A stretch of 64,000 nucleotides of DNA from Eledone cirrhosa (taxonomy: Eukaryota): NCBI GenBank assembly GCA_964016885.1, contig OZ024742.1, positions 193,564,001 through 193,628,000 on the forward strand, given 5' to 3'. This document shows positions 1 through 16,154 of this stretch, piece by piece. Positions within the stretch are counted from its first letter, which is position 1; every line of letters starts with the position of its first letter. The notes beneath the pieces were generated by a model. It had not been told where the DNA came from. It searched no databases and saw nothing but the letters and a program-made list of their open reading frames with translations. Position numbers and translations under genes: made by a program.

Positions 1-978
<978 letters not shown>

Positions 979-983
979 ATATA

Positions 984-1040
<57 letters not shown>

Positions 1041-1122
1041 CATATATTATATATATACATACAATATATATATAAACAATATATATATATATATATTATA
1101 TATATTATATATATATATATAC

Positions 1123-1177
<55 letters not shown>

Positions 1178-1246
1178 CAAATAACGAAACGAAATTAAAT
1201 TTTGTTTCGTTTGTAACTCACTTTTGTATGACTGACGCTTAAACAA

Positions 1247-1597
1247 TTAAGTTAAAAATGTACATCCACATATGTATACTGAAATACTAGTATGCATATG
1301 AATACACACACGTATACATATGTAGATGTACCGAGTTTTTCACTGGTGACTTTACTGTGAGTGTCCAGCTATTCTGTATGTAAACACACAGACAAACCGG
1401 TTTTTAGAGTCATACTGGTTTTTGAGGAAACACCTTTCCTCTATTCTCCAGAAAGCCAGACAAGACAAGGCAAGAATAGCTGGACACTCACAGTAAAGTG
1501 ACCAGTGAAAAACTCGGTACATCTACATATGTATACGTGTGTGTATTCATATGCATACTAGTATTTCAGTATACATATGTGGATGTACATTTTTAAC

Positions 1598-1601
<4 letters not shown>
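1247..1601. repeat. Inverted repeat (~127-bp arms, ~100-bp spacer) next to (TA)n
   Basis: 1247-1373 is the reverse complement of 1473-1601; spacer has a decayed HHR-like string on minus (CTGGAGA..tagag/ctcta..AAAA-ccgg-TT, 1394-1451). Confidence 0.8.
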
Positions 1602-1635
<34 letters not shown>

Positions 1636-1663
1636 TACGTACACATGTACACACACACCTATG

Positions 1664-1748
<85 letters not shown>

Positions 1749-2130
1749 GCACATATATATACACATAGATATGTACGTAAGGGTAATATCGTACATTGAC
1801 AATAATATTCGATTGACTTGTAGATAAACAGCCTATTTAAAACTGTGCGGTGCCGATGGCAAATCCTCATCCGTTTATTCAACACTATCATTGAGGAACA
1901 ATCAACATGTTTCTGCGTCATTACCCATCATCAGCACTGTATACCTCTGCCAATGGTTGGACGGTTGAAAATATATAGTATTTTATTAAGTACACATCGG
2001 ATGAGTAACCTCATTTGCATACCCAACGAGTTACGGCTGACCGTGCCCAAAACTAAAAATAAAATTTGAATTTTATACATAAATGTAATTATGCATACGT
2101 ACACACACATACAAACAAATATATATATAT

Positions 2131-2322
2131 AGAAAGGAAATGTGGCAAGGAACCAAATGAACCATAATGCACCAGAGTACTCAATACTTAGGGTAGTTGA
2201 GTGGGAAATAGGAAAAATTGTGAAAATTGTGACCTCGACGGCAGAGCTCAAGACGTTTCGACGGCTATTTCTGAAATAGCCGTCGAAACGGCTTGAGCTC
2301 TGCCGTCGGGGTCATACATTTT

Positions 2323-2324
<2 letters not shown>
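2131..2324. repeat. Fold-back fragment of PLE family B pLTR (3' half of hammerhead on both arms)
   Basis: Palindrome centred on t2272 (ctatttc-t-gaaatag); tagccgtc-GAAA-cggcttgagctctgccg-TC-gggg matches 10502-10536; TA-flanked. Confidence 0.85.
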
Positions 2325-2373
<49 letters not shown>

Positions 2374-2499
2374 GTCAATACTCATCTTTTTCCATTTCTC
2401 CGAGGGTTCTTAACCCCACTATCAGACTAAATAATTTCTTTAATTTCTTTAGTCAAAATACGGCGATAGCTTACATTTCTAATAATAATAATAATATAT

Positions 2500-2575
<76 letters not shown>

Positions 2576-2719
2576 GTACACACATATATACACATACATA
2601 TGTCCGTATGGGTCATATCGAACATTCATAAATCGGGCCGTTTGTTTTCAAACGAATCGACATTTACGTATGCATTCTTACATTTATGTGTTATCTGTAA
2701 AATTCTGATTTTATATATA

Positions 2720-3050
2720 TACTAGTCGAATTATCCACGTCTTGTTGCGTTTCACACAGTTTTTCTTTTTTGTAAGAAAATGTTGATTGATTTTAAATCA
2801 GTGATATAATTCATTAGGGTGAAATTTGCTGAAATGTTGTGAATAGGCATCATATCTTGTCATTTACCTATGATTTAAATTTCATATAAATCGAAGGGAA
2901 ACATACTTATCCAAGTACCCTGGGCAATGTAGTTTCAGAATATAGATCGTCATGGGAGTCTATCTTTAAAACCATAGGAGGAGTTCGTGAAAAACAAAGA
3001 ACCAAACAAACAAACACACAGACAGGAACTACAACCTTATATATATATAT
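2720..3050 (+). mobile_element. Possible non-autonomous Helitron/Helentron-associated (Lep1/DINE-like) element
   Basis: Starts tactagtc..cgtcttgttgcg and ends acaaacacacagacagg..ccttatatatata, the end pattern typical of such elements. Confidence 0.4.
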
Positions 3051-3136
3051 ATACGAAAGATACACGCACGCCATGAACAAAACAACAGTACAACGATAAA
3101 ATATATCAGTTTACCGCTTGATATAGTAGGGAAAGC

Positions 3137-3172
3137 GTCTTAATGTTTCGGACATTGGACACTCATCAACAA
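3137..3172 (-). ncRNA. Degenerate hammerhead-like motif in a pLTR-like fragment
   Basis: Minus strand: TTGATGA-gtgtccaatgtcc-GAAA-cattaagacg, resembling 31326-31358; helices poorly paired. Confidence 0.3.
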
Positions 3173-3511
3173 ATAAAATGAGGCATAAAATATGAAATAG
3201 AAGGATAGAGAGTGAGAAGAAGAGGGAAGGGGACATTTTGTTTTGGAGAAAAAGCACGTGTGTCTTCAACAAGGTATGTTGTGTGTATTACTACACTATC
3301 ATATACATTGCTTTATTTTCTTTCAGTTTTAGATTTGAAAATACAAAGAGACACATGAAGACACTCATATAAACAAAAAAATCATATACGCTGTGAGAGA
3401 CATACAGACACACACACATATACACACAGACATACAGACACACACACATATACACACAGACATACAGACACACACACATATACACACAGACATACAGACA
3501 CACACACACAC

Positions 3512-3564
<53 letters not shown>

Positions 3565-3575
3565 TATATATATCC

Positions 3576-3645
<70 letters not shown>

Positions 3646-5660
3646 GTGTGTGTATGCATATGTATGTGCCTGCGTCTGAGGTTTCTTGTTTATATATGTT
3701 TGAGTATTCCATTCTTGTCGACAAGTTAAAAATCTACCATGTCGCCACATATTAGTCTTTGAAATTTTAAAGTCTTAGAAATCTTATAATTTTGGAGATG
3801 GGGGGATTATTAAGTTTTACTGTAAAACATAACTGTACAAAAAATATTAAAGCAAAATTATGCTATCGTTGCATTTATTTGACTAGAAAACTTCAATTTC
3901 CCAAGAGACATGAAAGACTCTTACATTATTGTCGAAACTAAATCAACTTGCAATATAATATCGGATAAAATATATAGAAATAATGAAATGATTTTTGGCC
4001 ATTGAACTTCAAAATGTGTTTTGAACTTAGTTTATCAACATAGCTACAGAATTCAAAGCTATTTCGAAAGTGGTAAATTGGTGAAAATTAAACTCAATTT
4101 CATTGAAAGTTATGATAAATTATCACTACATAAAAGCCAATCGGAACTAACATTTTTGGTGAGTGGGGTAGAGTGTTTAACCGCCTTTCCTTTTGTTCAT
4201 TTTTATCAATTAAATATTGTTTAGCAGTATTTTGAGGGCAATGCCAGCCAGGTTAGAATTTGACTAAACGCAGGATGCTGGCGATAACAGATATAAATAA
4301 ATAAATAATTGTGTGGTTAAGAAGTTCACTTCGCAATTATTTATGCTTAGGTTCAAACCTAGTATGTGGTAATTCGGTAACGAATTTTCTATCACATAAA
4401 AGACCGAGCTTTGTGAATCAACTTAAATAGTCTGTAACTGTGTGAAAAGACGCCAGACTATTCTTAGGTAGTAGACTTAATCCTTCTGCCTGTTTAACAG
4501 TCACTTGGCCAGTAGGGATTTAGCGGAGACCAAATTAAATTTGCCTGGAAAAAAGCCCTCTATATTTCTCTGAACCCACAAATTATCATACCCACTACCC
4601 TTTCTCCTATAGCATATCCCATAATCGAACTGGTGTCTAATGTACTCGGTCGGTGTACCTAGATGAGCTTGGCCTCTCACTCCAATTCGTAGTTTGTTTA
4701 TTCTTATAATACGTTATACACACTTTGTTATACATATTGAGTACATTTTGCGTATGTGTAAGCGAAAACATTCAGAAATCAATTTATGTAAATACGTAAG
4801 CGTGTGTTATATGTGGACGTCTCCACGCACTTTATTTCCCTCTTTCTTTCTGAATGTGTGAGCTTTTGTGTTTCCATATCTCATCAACAGTTTAGATCTA
4901 AAACGTGGCAGACAAGAAGTGGTGAACATGTACCTTTGTACAATTGACAGCTCCTAGACAAATACATTAATAGGATATATTAGATATATCTTTCAAAGCC
5001 GGTGATAAATTTTATATTATACACTTCTTTAAATCAGATAAGAATCTACTGAAGCGCAACCAAATATAGATAAGTAGTTTTGATTACGTCACATACATTC
5101 AGTTTTATTACTCTATTATATTAGTGAGAATATTATTTAATGTATTTAAAATAAAGCTTCATATTAACGTGACAAATTGAGACACATCACTTTATTCAAT
5201 ACTCCATCGATACATCACTTCATACAATAACAATACCATCCACTTGCATTACCATTACCATCATAGCCACCACCATATTCACCAACCAATGCACGAGCCA
5301 CGGGGAAAACTTCTATGTCGTCCAGACACCTGCGCCATGATACAGCTAAATCATCTTTAAATCACACCATTACTTCCATAGCAGATGGAATAAAAATAAT
5401 AATTTCCAATTTAAGAACAACACTAAAATGTTAAGAGGATAGGAAAGTCAATTATGCCGTACCTATACTTTATTGGTACTATATTTCATTGAGTAATATA
5501 AGGCAAAGCTAACTTCTGTGGGATATTAACTCAAATGCCGTTTCGGATACAATATTCCTTAAAAGCAAACAAGGTATCCAGCTCTTGAAAACCCAGACCG
5601 ACAACTACCATCATATTTCATTGGCTAAGCAAACACACTCGCACACCGACGCTTATAAAG

Positions 5661-5664
<4 letters not shown>

Positions 5665-5712
<48 letters not shown>

Positions 5713-5800
5713 CTCTCTTTCTGTCTCCCTTGCTTTTTCGGTCACACAAGCTTATAGACACATACACAGATGCACACACACACCCATATTTATACAATCC

Positions 5801-5856
<56 letters not shown>

Positions 5857-5922
5857 TCTTTCTTTCTCGGTCACACACGCTTATAGACACATACACAGAT
5901 GTACACACACACATATTTATAC

Positions 5923-5975
<53 letters not shown>
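5665..5975 (+). repeat. (CT)n microsatellites with a duplicated ~60-bp spacer
   Basis: cggtcacaca.gcttatagacacatacacagatg.acacaca occurs at ~5739 and ~5868, each followed by (CT)n. Confidence 0.8.
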
Positions 5976-5976
<1 letters not shown>

Positions 5977-7586
5977 CCCAGTGTCACCTGTAACCGTTCA
6001 CACACATGCATGCATGGAAATCGTCAGTAGATCGCTCGATCTGATAGATCTACCAATCATCCTACATTATATTCTTCAAAATGTATGAAAATATAAGCAC
6101 CAGTAATGCACTGGAATAATTGCAGGCCTTTTGCCCAAAATAGAAACAATTATAGTCTTCACAACTACATGATCACAATGTAAAATATACTTTGGAGTAT
6201 AACAAAAATAGGCTTGTTTTTTTTTGTTTTCTGTCCTAGAAAGTGCATGGCATCATCACGAGGGCTTTCATGGAGACGATAAAATACACCCAGAAGACTC
6301 TGAAACCTGATTGGTGATAGGAAGCGCATTCAGTCGTAGATAACAAAAGCACCGATACAATAATTTGCTGTGTGGGCATCTGTGAGAACTTACACAGAAT
6401 GTCGAGATTCTCCATGAAAATATCTACAAATACTCTCAGTGTTTTGGAAGTATATTAAAGAGATGTAATTTCCGTAATATATATAAATTCTTCATCAAAC
6501 TTGAGCAAGTTTTGACGAATTTTTCTGATTCCTAGCCTATTATGTATATATATATTCATTTTATTAAGGCTAAATCGTGAGACTTATTATTCTAGAGTTT
6601 CGCCTGTTATTCACATATTAAAACTCTACTTCGACATTGAGTACTCCTTTCTCTCATCCGTCAAACCCACACGGATATATATATATAATCTCAGCGAGAT
6701 CGTATATCGGCTGTGGTCAAAAACAAGGCGAAACGCAATTTTCGAGATATGCGGCAATCTCTCAATGGACTAAACTAAACGAAGACCAGATCATTTAACA
6801 TGCGTTATAGGGGCTAGACAAACCGAAAACGGCGGTCATGAAGCTATCAGCCACTGGACCCCAAAAACGAAGCAAGCTAAACAGGTTAACAAAAGAATAT
6901 ATATGCTTATTTTTTTTCCTTGTTGTTCTTTAACCACTAAAATTTATAGGAAACATTGAAATACTAAGCCATTAATTGGATAGAAAAAATATTTGCTTTC
7001 GAATGATTTAAACTGGCCACACATAATTCCTAATATCTACAACAGTGGTTGCAAAAGTCGTTGCAAAAGTCGTTGCAACAGTGGCTGCAGAAAATCGTTC
7101 CCAAATTGCTTTAAACCTGAAACAAAATCACATTCACTCGTAGAAAGCCTACAATAAATAGAACAAAACAAAATTGAATGAAAAAAGTCAAAGATCAGTA
7201 TAGGCAACAACAACGATACATGCCAGGTGGTCAGAGTAGTGGCTTCCCAATGTAGTATAGGTGAGTTGAATTATTTCAAACTATTTGTGTTTGCTTTCTG
7301 CAGTATGTTTTAAATATTAATATTAATATGTATAATTTGTTATTCCCATTGTATATTACATATATTCGATATTTCCATACGAATGAAATTTTATGAATTA
7401 GAATATGGCATTCCATAAGGAGTGAAGTAACATTAATATATATATACAAATAGACCATACTGAAGAAAACGTCCACCGTATTTATTCTATCGATCTATCT
7501 ATTTTGTTTGTAGAACCGTTAAATTGTGGAGTATAAAGACAAACAAAACTGTAAACGCAGACATGAACCAACCCATAGACACATAC

Positions 7587-7690
<104 letters not shown>

Positions 7691-7721
7691 AAGCGATTAT
7701 ATTATGGTATATTATATTATA

Positions 7722-7961
7722 TATTTATTAATGTTCATAAACAGATCAAAGCGCTACATAAGGTTTTAAGGCCTAATATTGAACATATATCCAGAATGTA
7801 AGACGATAAATATTGTCACCTACCTTCAGGCGCTTAAACTCTTTTAAGCGCCAGAAGATAGGTCAACATTTTGATCGCTCTTACCTTCATTACATATTGT
7901 CAATATTTGTCCTTAAAGCATTACGTGGCGCTTTGATCTGTTTATGAACATAAATAAATAT
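7722..7961. repeat. Imperfect 240-bp palindrome
   Basis: ggcgcttaaa-ctct-tttaagcgcc at centre (7829-7852); outer arms atgttcataaacagatcaaagcgc / gcgctttgatctgtttatgaacat. Confidence 0.8.
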
Positions 7962-8699
7962 TTTATTTCTGCTCACTTCCCGATTGAGCCATGTTTTCCT
8001 TTAAGGGGGCCAAAATGCTAAAAAAAAAAACTAATACGAAATAATAATTCAGAGTCCCGAAACTAATACGAAATATTAATTCAGAATCCCGAAAATGAAT
8101 ACTAATACGATATATAAGAGTACCGCTACAACGCATAAATTCTAATACAAACTACATAAATGCTCTCGTACGATATATATGAACAATTTAATACGAAAAT
8201 TTAATACAGAATCCCCTCCCCCGCCCCAAAAAAAAATATATACTGATATACGAGAAACTAAAGCAGAGATACCACTAAGAAATCTAGAAATCACGGAAAT
8301 GGGGCACCAATCAGATAAGAAAGCAAGTATCTGGGGTCTATCACATCTGCCATAAAAAGCGGAATCGACCAATTCTATCATAGAATAGGGGGTGGGGCTG
8401 GGGGTACTGAGGCTACAGAGGATCGAAGGGCTGCTTCGGAGTGGGCGAGAAAGTGAAAAAACGACGACAAAGAAGGAGAACTGGAGTGGAATGACTGGGA
8501 AGGGATGGGGGGAAGAAGGACATATAGAGGAAACGATAAAAAATATATAATAAAATCTTACATCTACCTTTGCAAGTAGGGGTTACCCATTACAAAGTCG
8601 GCAGGTGCGGTGTTAAACCCATTCCCCCCCCCCGTCCCGGGTTATTATGGCGTTTGAGGGCGAGATAAGTCCTACGCAATCTGTGTTTGCATGCAGTTA

Positions 8700-9768
8700 C
8701 AAGTTCGTTTTTCTTGTTTAGGAGTTGGACCGTCGAAAACAGCATTTGTAATGTTTCCTCCGATCAAAAGTTACACGGACGGCGTCCTCCCGTGTAAGAA
8801 TTAGCTCTGGACAGTAAGCTCTAAGTGAGATCATAGGTTATATTGTTATCTTTGAGGTCACAGATGTGGCCCGAAAGTGAGGTGGCGTGACGCCGGGCCG
8901 GGTTTCGGAAAGTATGTATGTGTTGGTATAGCCGGGTCTTGAAGTCACAAGCAGTTAATCCTATATAAGCTTTGTTGGAGGTGTCCGTCCTCACGTTGCA
9001 CTGGTAGATCACATTACGATCTCTGCATCTGTTGTCGAGGGGGAAAATGGATCCATCAGGACAGTTACACCTCCTGGTCGGCTCTCCACTGCTATCTAGG
9101 TTATTTCTTCTATAGGGGTTGAGATTTTGTTGTTAGAGGAGACGATGTTTTGTGCAAAGTTAGGTGTGGTGCTGTAGGAGAATTTGATGGTATTTTTGTT
9201 GATTATGTTGTGGTAGCGGTGTTGTAGTGGGAAGTGTTTTTCGATGAGCCTAAAGAAAATTTTCCCGATAGGTGTTGTCACCTCGGCGTTGTGGGGAGGA
9301 TTGAACCATGTTACGTTGTGTAAGTGGTGGTGTCGCCTGCTAGTTCCGCGAAAGGAAGCTGGACAGTAGGATATTTCCTCCCGGAAGCCGCTCCGCTTGA
9401 GGGCCTGGTTGTAATAAGCCGCATGTTCCTCGAATATCTGCTCATTAGTGGACAAACGAGATATGCGGAGGGAGATGTTTTAACCAGGTTATTGGTGATG
9501 TTTCTAGGATGGTTTGACCGGCGGTGGATGTAGTGCAGGTTGTCGTTGGGTTTCCTGTATGGGTAGTACAGTTCATTATCGAGGTCAAGGGAAACGTCCA
9601 GGACGTTTACTCGGGTTAGGGACGTTTGTAGAGTTATTTTAATTCCCCAGTCTGGGAAGAAGCTGATTAATTGTTTACGGACCCGGTCTGTACTACTGGG
9701 GTTGTACCCTTTAAGGGTAAAGAGCCCATCATCACAGTACAATCAACCGCCGAATCTAGGAAACATAT
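8700..9768 (-). pseudogene. Frameshifted PLE RT C-terminus + GIY-YIG endonuclease
   Basis: YCDDGL, LDVSLDL, YRKPN, SNHP, TWFNPP, VIYQC..AYIGLT..FKTRL in three frames. Confidence 0.9.
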
Positions 9769-10442
9769 TTTTCGTATTAAATTGTTCATATATATCGTAC
9801 GAGCATTTATGTAGTTTGTATTAGAATTTATGTATTGTAGCGGTACTCTTATATATCGTATTAGTATTCATTTTCGGGATTCTGAATTAATATTTCGTAT
9901 TAGTTTCGGGATTCTGAATTATTATTTCGTATTAGTTTGTTTTTTTAGTATTTTGGCCCCCTACTTGTTGACCTGTCATTGTAAGATAGATTTGGCCGAT
10001 TACTACTAACTCATAAAATTCTTTGACTACAATCTCGTATTTAGTATTCCGTCCCACCTATTAAACTTTTCTATAGTTTAGCAGTACCAGTGAGAGATTT
10101 GATGTGGTAGGGGAATAGTAACCATAAATTGTGTTTTTTTTAATATTTTTAACATTCTTATTATTCTTCTATATATTTACTCCATATAGATTTATTTATT
10201 GTTTCGACTTCCTCCCCCTCCACCTCCCTAATATACATCTCTTGACTTCTTATCCTTAGGATTCTGCTGTAGTTGGCACTTTCAACGCAAGACAGGGTTT
10301 CCTCCACTCCCTCTCCCTCTTTCTTCTACTGGCAAGTTCAGCTACTCCTTCCATCCAGAAAATTCCATGATAGAATTATGTGTCTCAACAACAAACTTTT
10401 GACCAATCCTTGTGACAATCACTTTTACCATATATGGAATTA

Positions 10443-10536
10443 CCCCCTGAGAAGCTCAGCTATTCATGAACCAGGATAAAAATGTTCATTTAGTCCAGAA
10501 TTAGCCGTCGAAACGGCTTGAGCTCAGCCGTCGGGG
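10443..10536 (+). ncRNA. Type I hammerhead, PLE family B (this copy C3/A8 mismatch)
   Basis: cccc-CTGAGAA-long helix II ending tagccgtc-GAAA-cggct(tgagctc)agccg-TC-gggg. Confidence 0.65.
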
Positions 10537-10627
10537 TCTACTCGTTCCTATTACCCACTCTACTACCCTAAGTATTGAGTACTTTGGTGCGTTATGGTCC
10601 ATCTGGTTTCTTACCACATTTCCTTCG

Positions 10628-10699
<72 letters not shown>

Positions 10700-10854
10700 T
10701 TATATATTCGTGTACAGATAGTTTTGCATACACAATAACAAAATATAAACAAACGTATTTATTTCACGAGGCTTGATAAGGATAAATAAATATATATTAA
10801 ATATTTAAGAACCCTAGAGCAAGTCTTGAGCAACGCCGAGTCATTCTGCTAGTT
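10700..10854 (-). mobile_element. Possible short non-autonomous Helitron-like element
   Basis: Minus strand begins actagcagaatgactcggcgttgctcaag, a Lep1/DINE-like 5' end. Confidence 0.35.
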
Positions 10855-11122
10855 AAAATAATCATCTCAATGGCGAATTGGATATTAAACATACCTCCTC
10901 ATTAAAATTGGCGTTGTAAAAAGATTCAAAGCATATACTTACATATACTTAAACGATGTGAATGATTACTCGCATGGATGGCAAATCATGACTGGTCCAT
11001 GTATCCGACTAAACGTAGCTGCTAAATATTGTTTTATTGCATAATTCTGTCTTTAAATATAGAAACCAAATATTAGATAATGCACTTCTAGATGTAATGA
11101 CCGTGAAATATTATGCAATGGT

Positions 11123-11290
11123 AATAACTGAACCGCTTTAGATTTTAGATCTGCCCAGTAAGACACGACATTAGAATAAACAAAAGAAACACTAGCAGTT
11201 ACATAATAACTGAACCGCTGTTGATTTTAGTACTGCCAAGTAAAACTCAACCACAGAATAAACAAAAATAACACTAGCAGTTACATAATA
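11123..11290 (+). repeat. Two-copy ~83-bp tandem repeat
   Basis: aataactgaaccgct..gattttag..agaataaacaaaa..aacactagcagttacat repeated. Confidence 0.8.
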
Positions 11291-12171
11291 ATATAAATTC
11301 CTAAATCGATTAATATAACCAAAAAATATTACCTACTATGACGTAGAAGGCAGAAAAATAAATAAAGAAATCAACACAAACTGTTGTCGGTCATTGTTAC
11401 ACTATTAATTCTAGCACCTAAATAACTAAATAATTACAACTAGATGTAGCTGTGGTAGAATAGAATAAAGATTGACAGTTGCTAGCTGAGACAGATGGAA
11501 GAGTCGATAGCTATATATGTAATACATTTTTTTCTGAAACTTGAAAGTAAGAAATGTCTAACCCACAGACAGAAGGTCCCATAGTAAATTTAATGAACAA
11601 TACAACATATGCAAGCGTGACTTACACACAAAACAGAAAAGTAATGAATAATATAGTAGAATATACAGAACAGATAGTTACATAAAAAATATATATGTTA
11701 TACAGTCCTAATGTAAGTAGAGCATAAATAGTTTCCGCCGTGTCTTGTCTGTAAAGAAATGTGAGGATATTTGACCCGGATTTCATCATAGCCGAAGGAG
11801 AAATGGAGGCGTCTTCATTGATTCCAATACGAGAGGTTGATTTTGTTGATGTTGGGAATAGGAAAGATCGTCATGAAAGACAATATTTTAATATCTTTAG
11901 TACGGCGCGAGACATTGAAATAATTCAATAGATTATGTAAGTATTCGATAACGCCTCACTGGCGGGTTTTTATTCCTAATTCCATTATATAGAAACTACT
12001 TAGTTGGAAACAATTAAGTTAATGTCTTCTCCTAATAGATTAAAATAAACAGGTAGTAAGAGAAGTAGGCGATTTCTGACATGAAAAGTTTGGTAAATTA
12101 GTCTTCTATTCAGATAAACGTCTCCCACTATGTGAAATAATAAGCAAAAACAAAGGTATCACACACACACA

Positions 12172-12297
<126 letters not shown>

Positions 12298-12308
12298 AAC
12301 CAGTAAGA

Positions 12309-12400
12309 CCCCGACGGCTGAGCGCAAGCCGTTTCGACGGCTAATTCTGGACTAAATGAAAATTTATCCTGGTATTTAAATAACCGATCTTCTCAAGGGG
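12309..12400 (-). ncRNA. Type I hammerhead with U3-A8 core (family B)
   Basis: cccc-TTGAGAA-gatcggtta...tagccgtc-GAAA-cggct(tgcgctc)agccg-TC-gggg. Confidence 0.75.
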
Positions 12401-13569
12401 TAATTCCATATATGGTCAAGGTGATTGTCAAAAGTCAGTAGTAATTCTGTGATTGCAAATTAGTAGGGGAGATGGTGGCTAAACCTGCCAGTAGGAGAAA
12501 GAGGGGAGAGGGTGGAGTAGACCCAATCAAGCGTTGGTAGTGCCAGCTACAGCTGGGCATGAGGTCAAAGAAGATACTGGGGAGGGGGAGGGGGAGGAAG
12601 TCGGAACGGTAGGTAGAACAATGAGGGGTAAAAATATATATGAAAGAAAAAATACTGAGAGTGAAGAAAAGCGAATAAGTGTAAAGAAAAAAGTAAAGCA
12701 AGTTCTACGACCTAAGTCTCTAGCTATTGTTAGGCTAGATAAATAAATAAATAAAGAAAGAAAGAAGTAAAGAAAGAAATAAAGAAATAACGAAATAAGT
12801 AAATTAACTAGGTGGGTCAGAATAGGCAAGGACCCTTTTAAGAGGTATAAGTACGTAAATCATACGGTGACAGGTCAACAAATGGGGCCAAAATACTAAA
12901 GAGACTACCACGAAATAAATAATAAAGGTTTCTATCCCGGGCACAATGCCAGCAACCACCCAGTGCAGCAAAGTAAACTAGTATGAGATAATAATTCTGA
13001 GTCCCGAAAAATATATACTAATGCTAACTCTAAATATCTTAAACAAGCTACATGAAAGTTCGTACGAAGTAAAGGTAGAATACGGAAAAAATAAATTCAG
13101 AATCCACCCCACCCAAAAGAAAAGCATAGAAAGAAATACTGAAACGAGAAAATAAGGCATAGCGCCACTAAGAAATATAGAAGGCACGGAAAATATTGGG
13201 AGCGGTCGGAAAAAGGGGGCAAGTATCCGGGGTCTAAACCAACTGCTATAAAAAGCGGAGTCCGCCAAATCTATCATAGACTAGGGGAGGGGGTGGGGGT
13301 ACTAAGGCTACAAGGGGCCAAAGGGCAGCCTCGGGTGGGCGAGAAAAGACGCCGACAAAGAAGAAGAGCTGGGGTAGAAGGACTAAGGAGGGATGGGGGG
13401 AAGGAAATAAAGGAAGCGATAAAAGAATAAAAAGAAGATCTTACGTCTCCCTTGGCAAGCAGGGGTTACACATTGCAAAATAGGCAAGTGGGGTGTTATA
13501 GCCCTAGTCTACCCCCCCCCGGTCATTATGGGGTTTGAGGGCGAGGTAAGTCCTACGCAATCTATGTTT

Positions 13570-14705
13570 ACATGCAGTAACCAGTTCATCTTTCTTGTTT
13601 AGGAGTTGGTCCGTCGAAAACAGCATTTGTAAAGTTTCCTCCGAGCATAAATTGCACGGACGGCGTCCTCCCGTGTAAGAATTGGCTCTGGACAGTAATC
13701 TCCAAGTGAGATCATAGGTGATGTTGTTGTCCTTGAGGTCCCATATGTGGCCCGAAAGTGTAGTGGCGTGACGCCGGGCCGGGCCGGGTTTCGGAAGGTA
13801 TGTCTATGTTGGTATAGCCGGGTCTTCAAGTCACATGCGGTAAGTCCTATATAGGCTTTGTTGGAGGTATCCTTCCTCACGTTGCACTGGTAGATCACAT
13901 TACGTTCTGTGCATCTATTGTCGAGTGGGCAAATGTATCTATCCGGACAGTTACACCTCCTGGTCGGTTCTCCACTGCTATTTAGGTTATTTCTGCCATC
14001 GGGGTTGAGTTTTTTGTTGTTAGAGGAGACGATGTTTTGTGCGAAGTTTGGTGTAGTGCTGTAAGATAGTTTGATGGTATTTTTGTTAATTATGTTGTGG
14101 TAGCGGTGTTGTAGTGGGAAGTGTTTTTCAATGAGCCTAAAGAATAGTTTCCCGATGGGAGTTGTCACCTCTGCGTTGTGGGGAGGATTGAACCATGTTA
14201 CATTGTGTGAGCGGCGGTGTCTCCTGCTGGTTCCGCTAATGGGAGCTGGACAGTAGGATATTTCCTCCCGGAAACCACTCCGCTTGAGGGCCTGGTTATA
14301 ATAAGGCGCATGTTCATCGAATATCCGCTCATTAGCTGACAAACGGAATATGCGGAGGGAGATGTTTTTGACCAGGTTGTTTGTGATGTTCCTAGGATGG
14401 TTTGATCGGCGGTGGATGTAGTGCAGGTTGTCATTAGGTTTCCTGTATGGGTAGTACAGGTCGTTTTCTAGGTCGAGGGTCACGTCCAGGAAGTTTACTC
14501 GGGTCAGGGACGTTTGTAGGGTTATTTTAAATCCCCAGTCGCGGAAGAAGCTGATTAATTGTTTCCGGACCCGATCTGTACTACTGGGGTTGTACCTTTT
14601 AAGGGTGAGGAGCCCATCATCACGGTACAATCCACCACCGAATGCAGGAAACATATCAGTGAGTTTGGCTATTAGGAATAATCCTATAAGATCTGTGACC
14701 TCCGA
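13570..14705 (-). pseudogene. PLE RT (motifs 4-7, thumb) + Cys linker + GIY-YIG
   Basis: SEVTDLIGLFL, GLYRDDGL, VNFLDVTLDL, CNCPDRYICPLDNRC, NVIY..AYIGLT; late frameshift from a 5-bp gggcc duplication near 13778. Confidence 0.93.
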
Positions 14706-14719
14706 TACATATATATATA

Positions 14720-15914
<1,195 letters not shown>

Positions 15915-16030
15915 CGTATATATATATGTATATATGTATAATATATATATGTAGGAGGTGAGTGATATTATAGAACAATAAAACTATGCATATATCAGAT
16001 AAGTACCACTCGACAGTTGGTAGAACAGGA

Positions 16031-16082
<52 letters not shown>

Positions 16083-16108
16083 AAGCCTTCAATACATCAA
16101 AAGTCTTT

Positions 16109-16154
16109 ATTAGCCGACAATGTTTCGTCCTATTAAGGACTCATCAGAGCAATT
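16109..16154 (-). ncRNA. Minimal type I hammerhead (family A, inverted pLTR)
   Basis: gct-CTGATGA-gtcct(taat)aggac-GAAA-cattg-TC-ggc. Confidence 0.85.

Larger units (their letters stand above)
8006..10629 (-). mobile_element. PLE family B copy 1: 5'-truncated RT/GIY-YIG on minus plus inverted pLTR on plus (9766-10629)
   Basis: 8006-8200 is the reverse complement of 9766-9960; coding remnant 8700-9768; ends in (TA)n. Confidence 0.9.
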
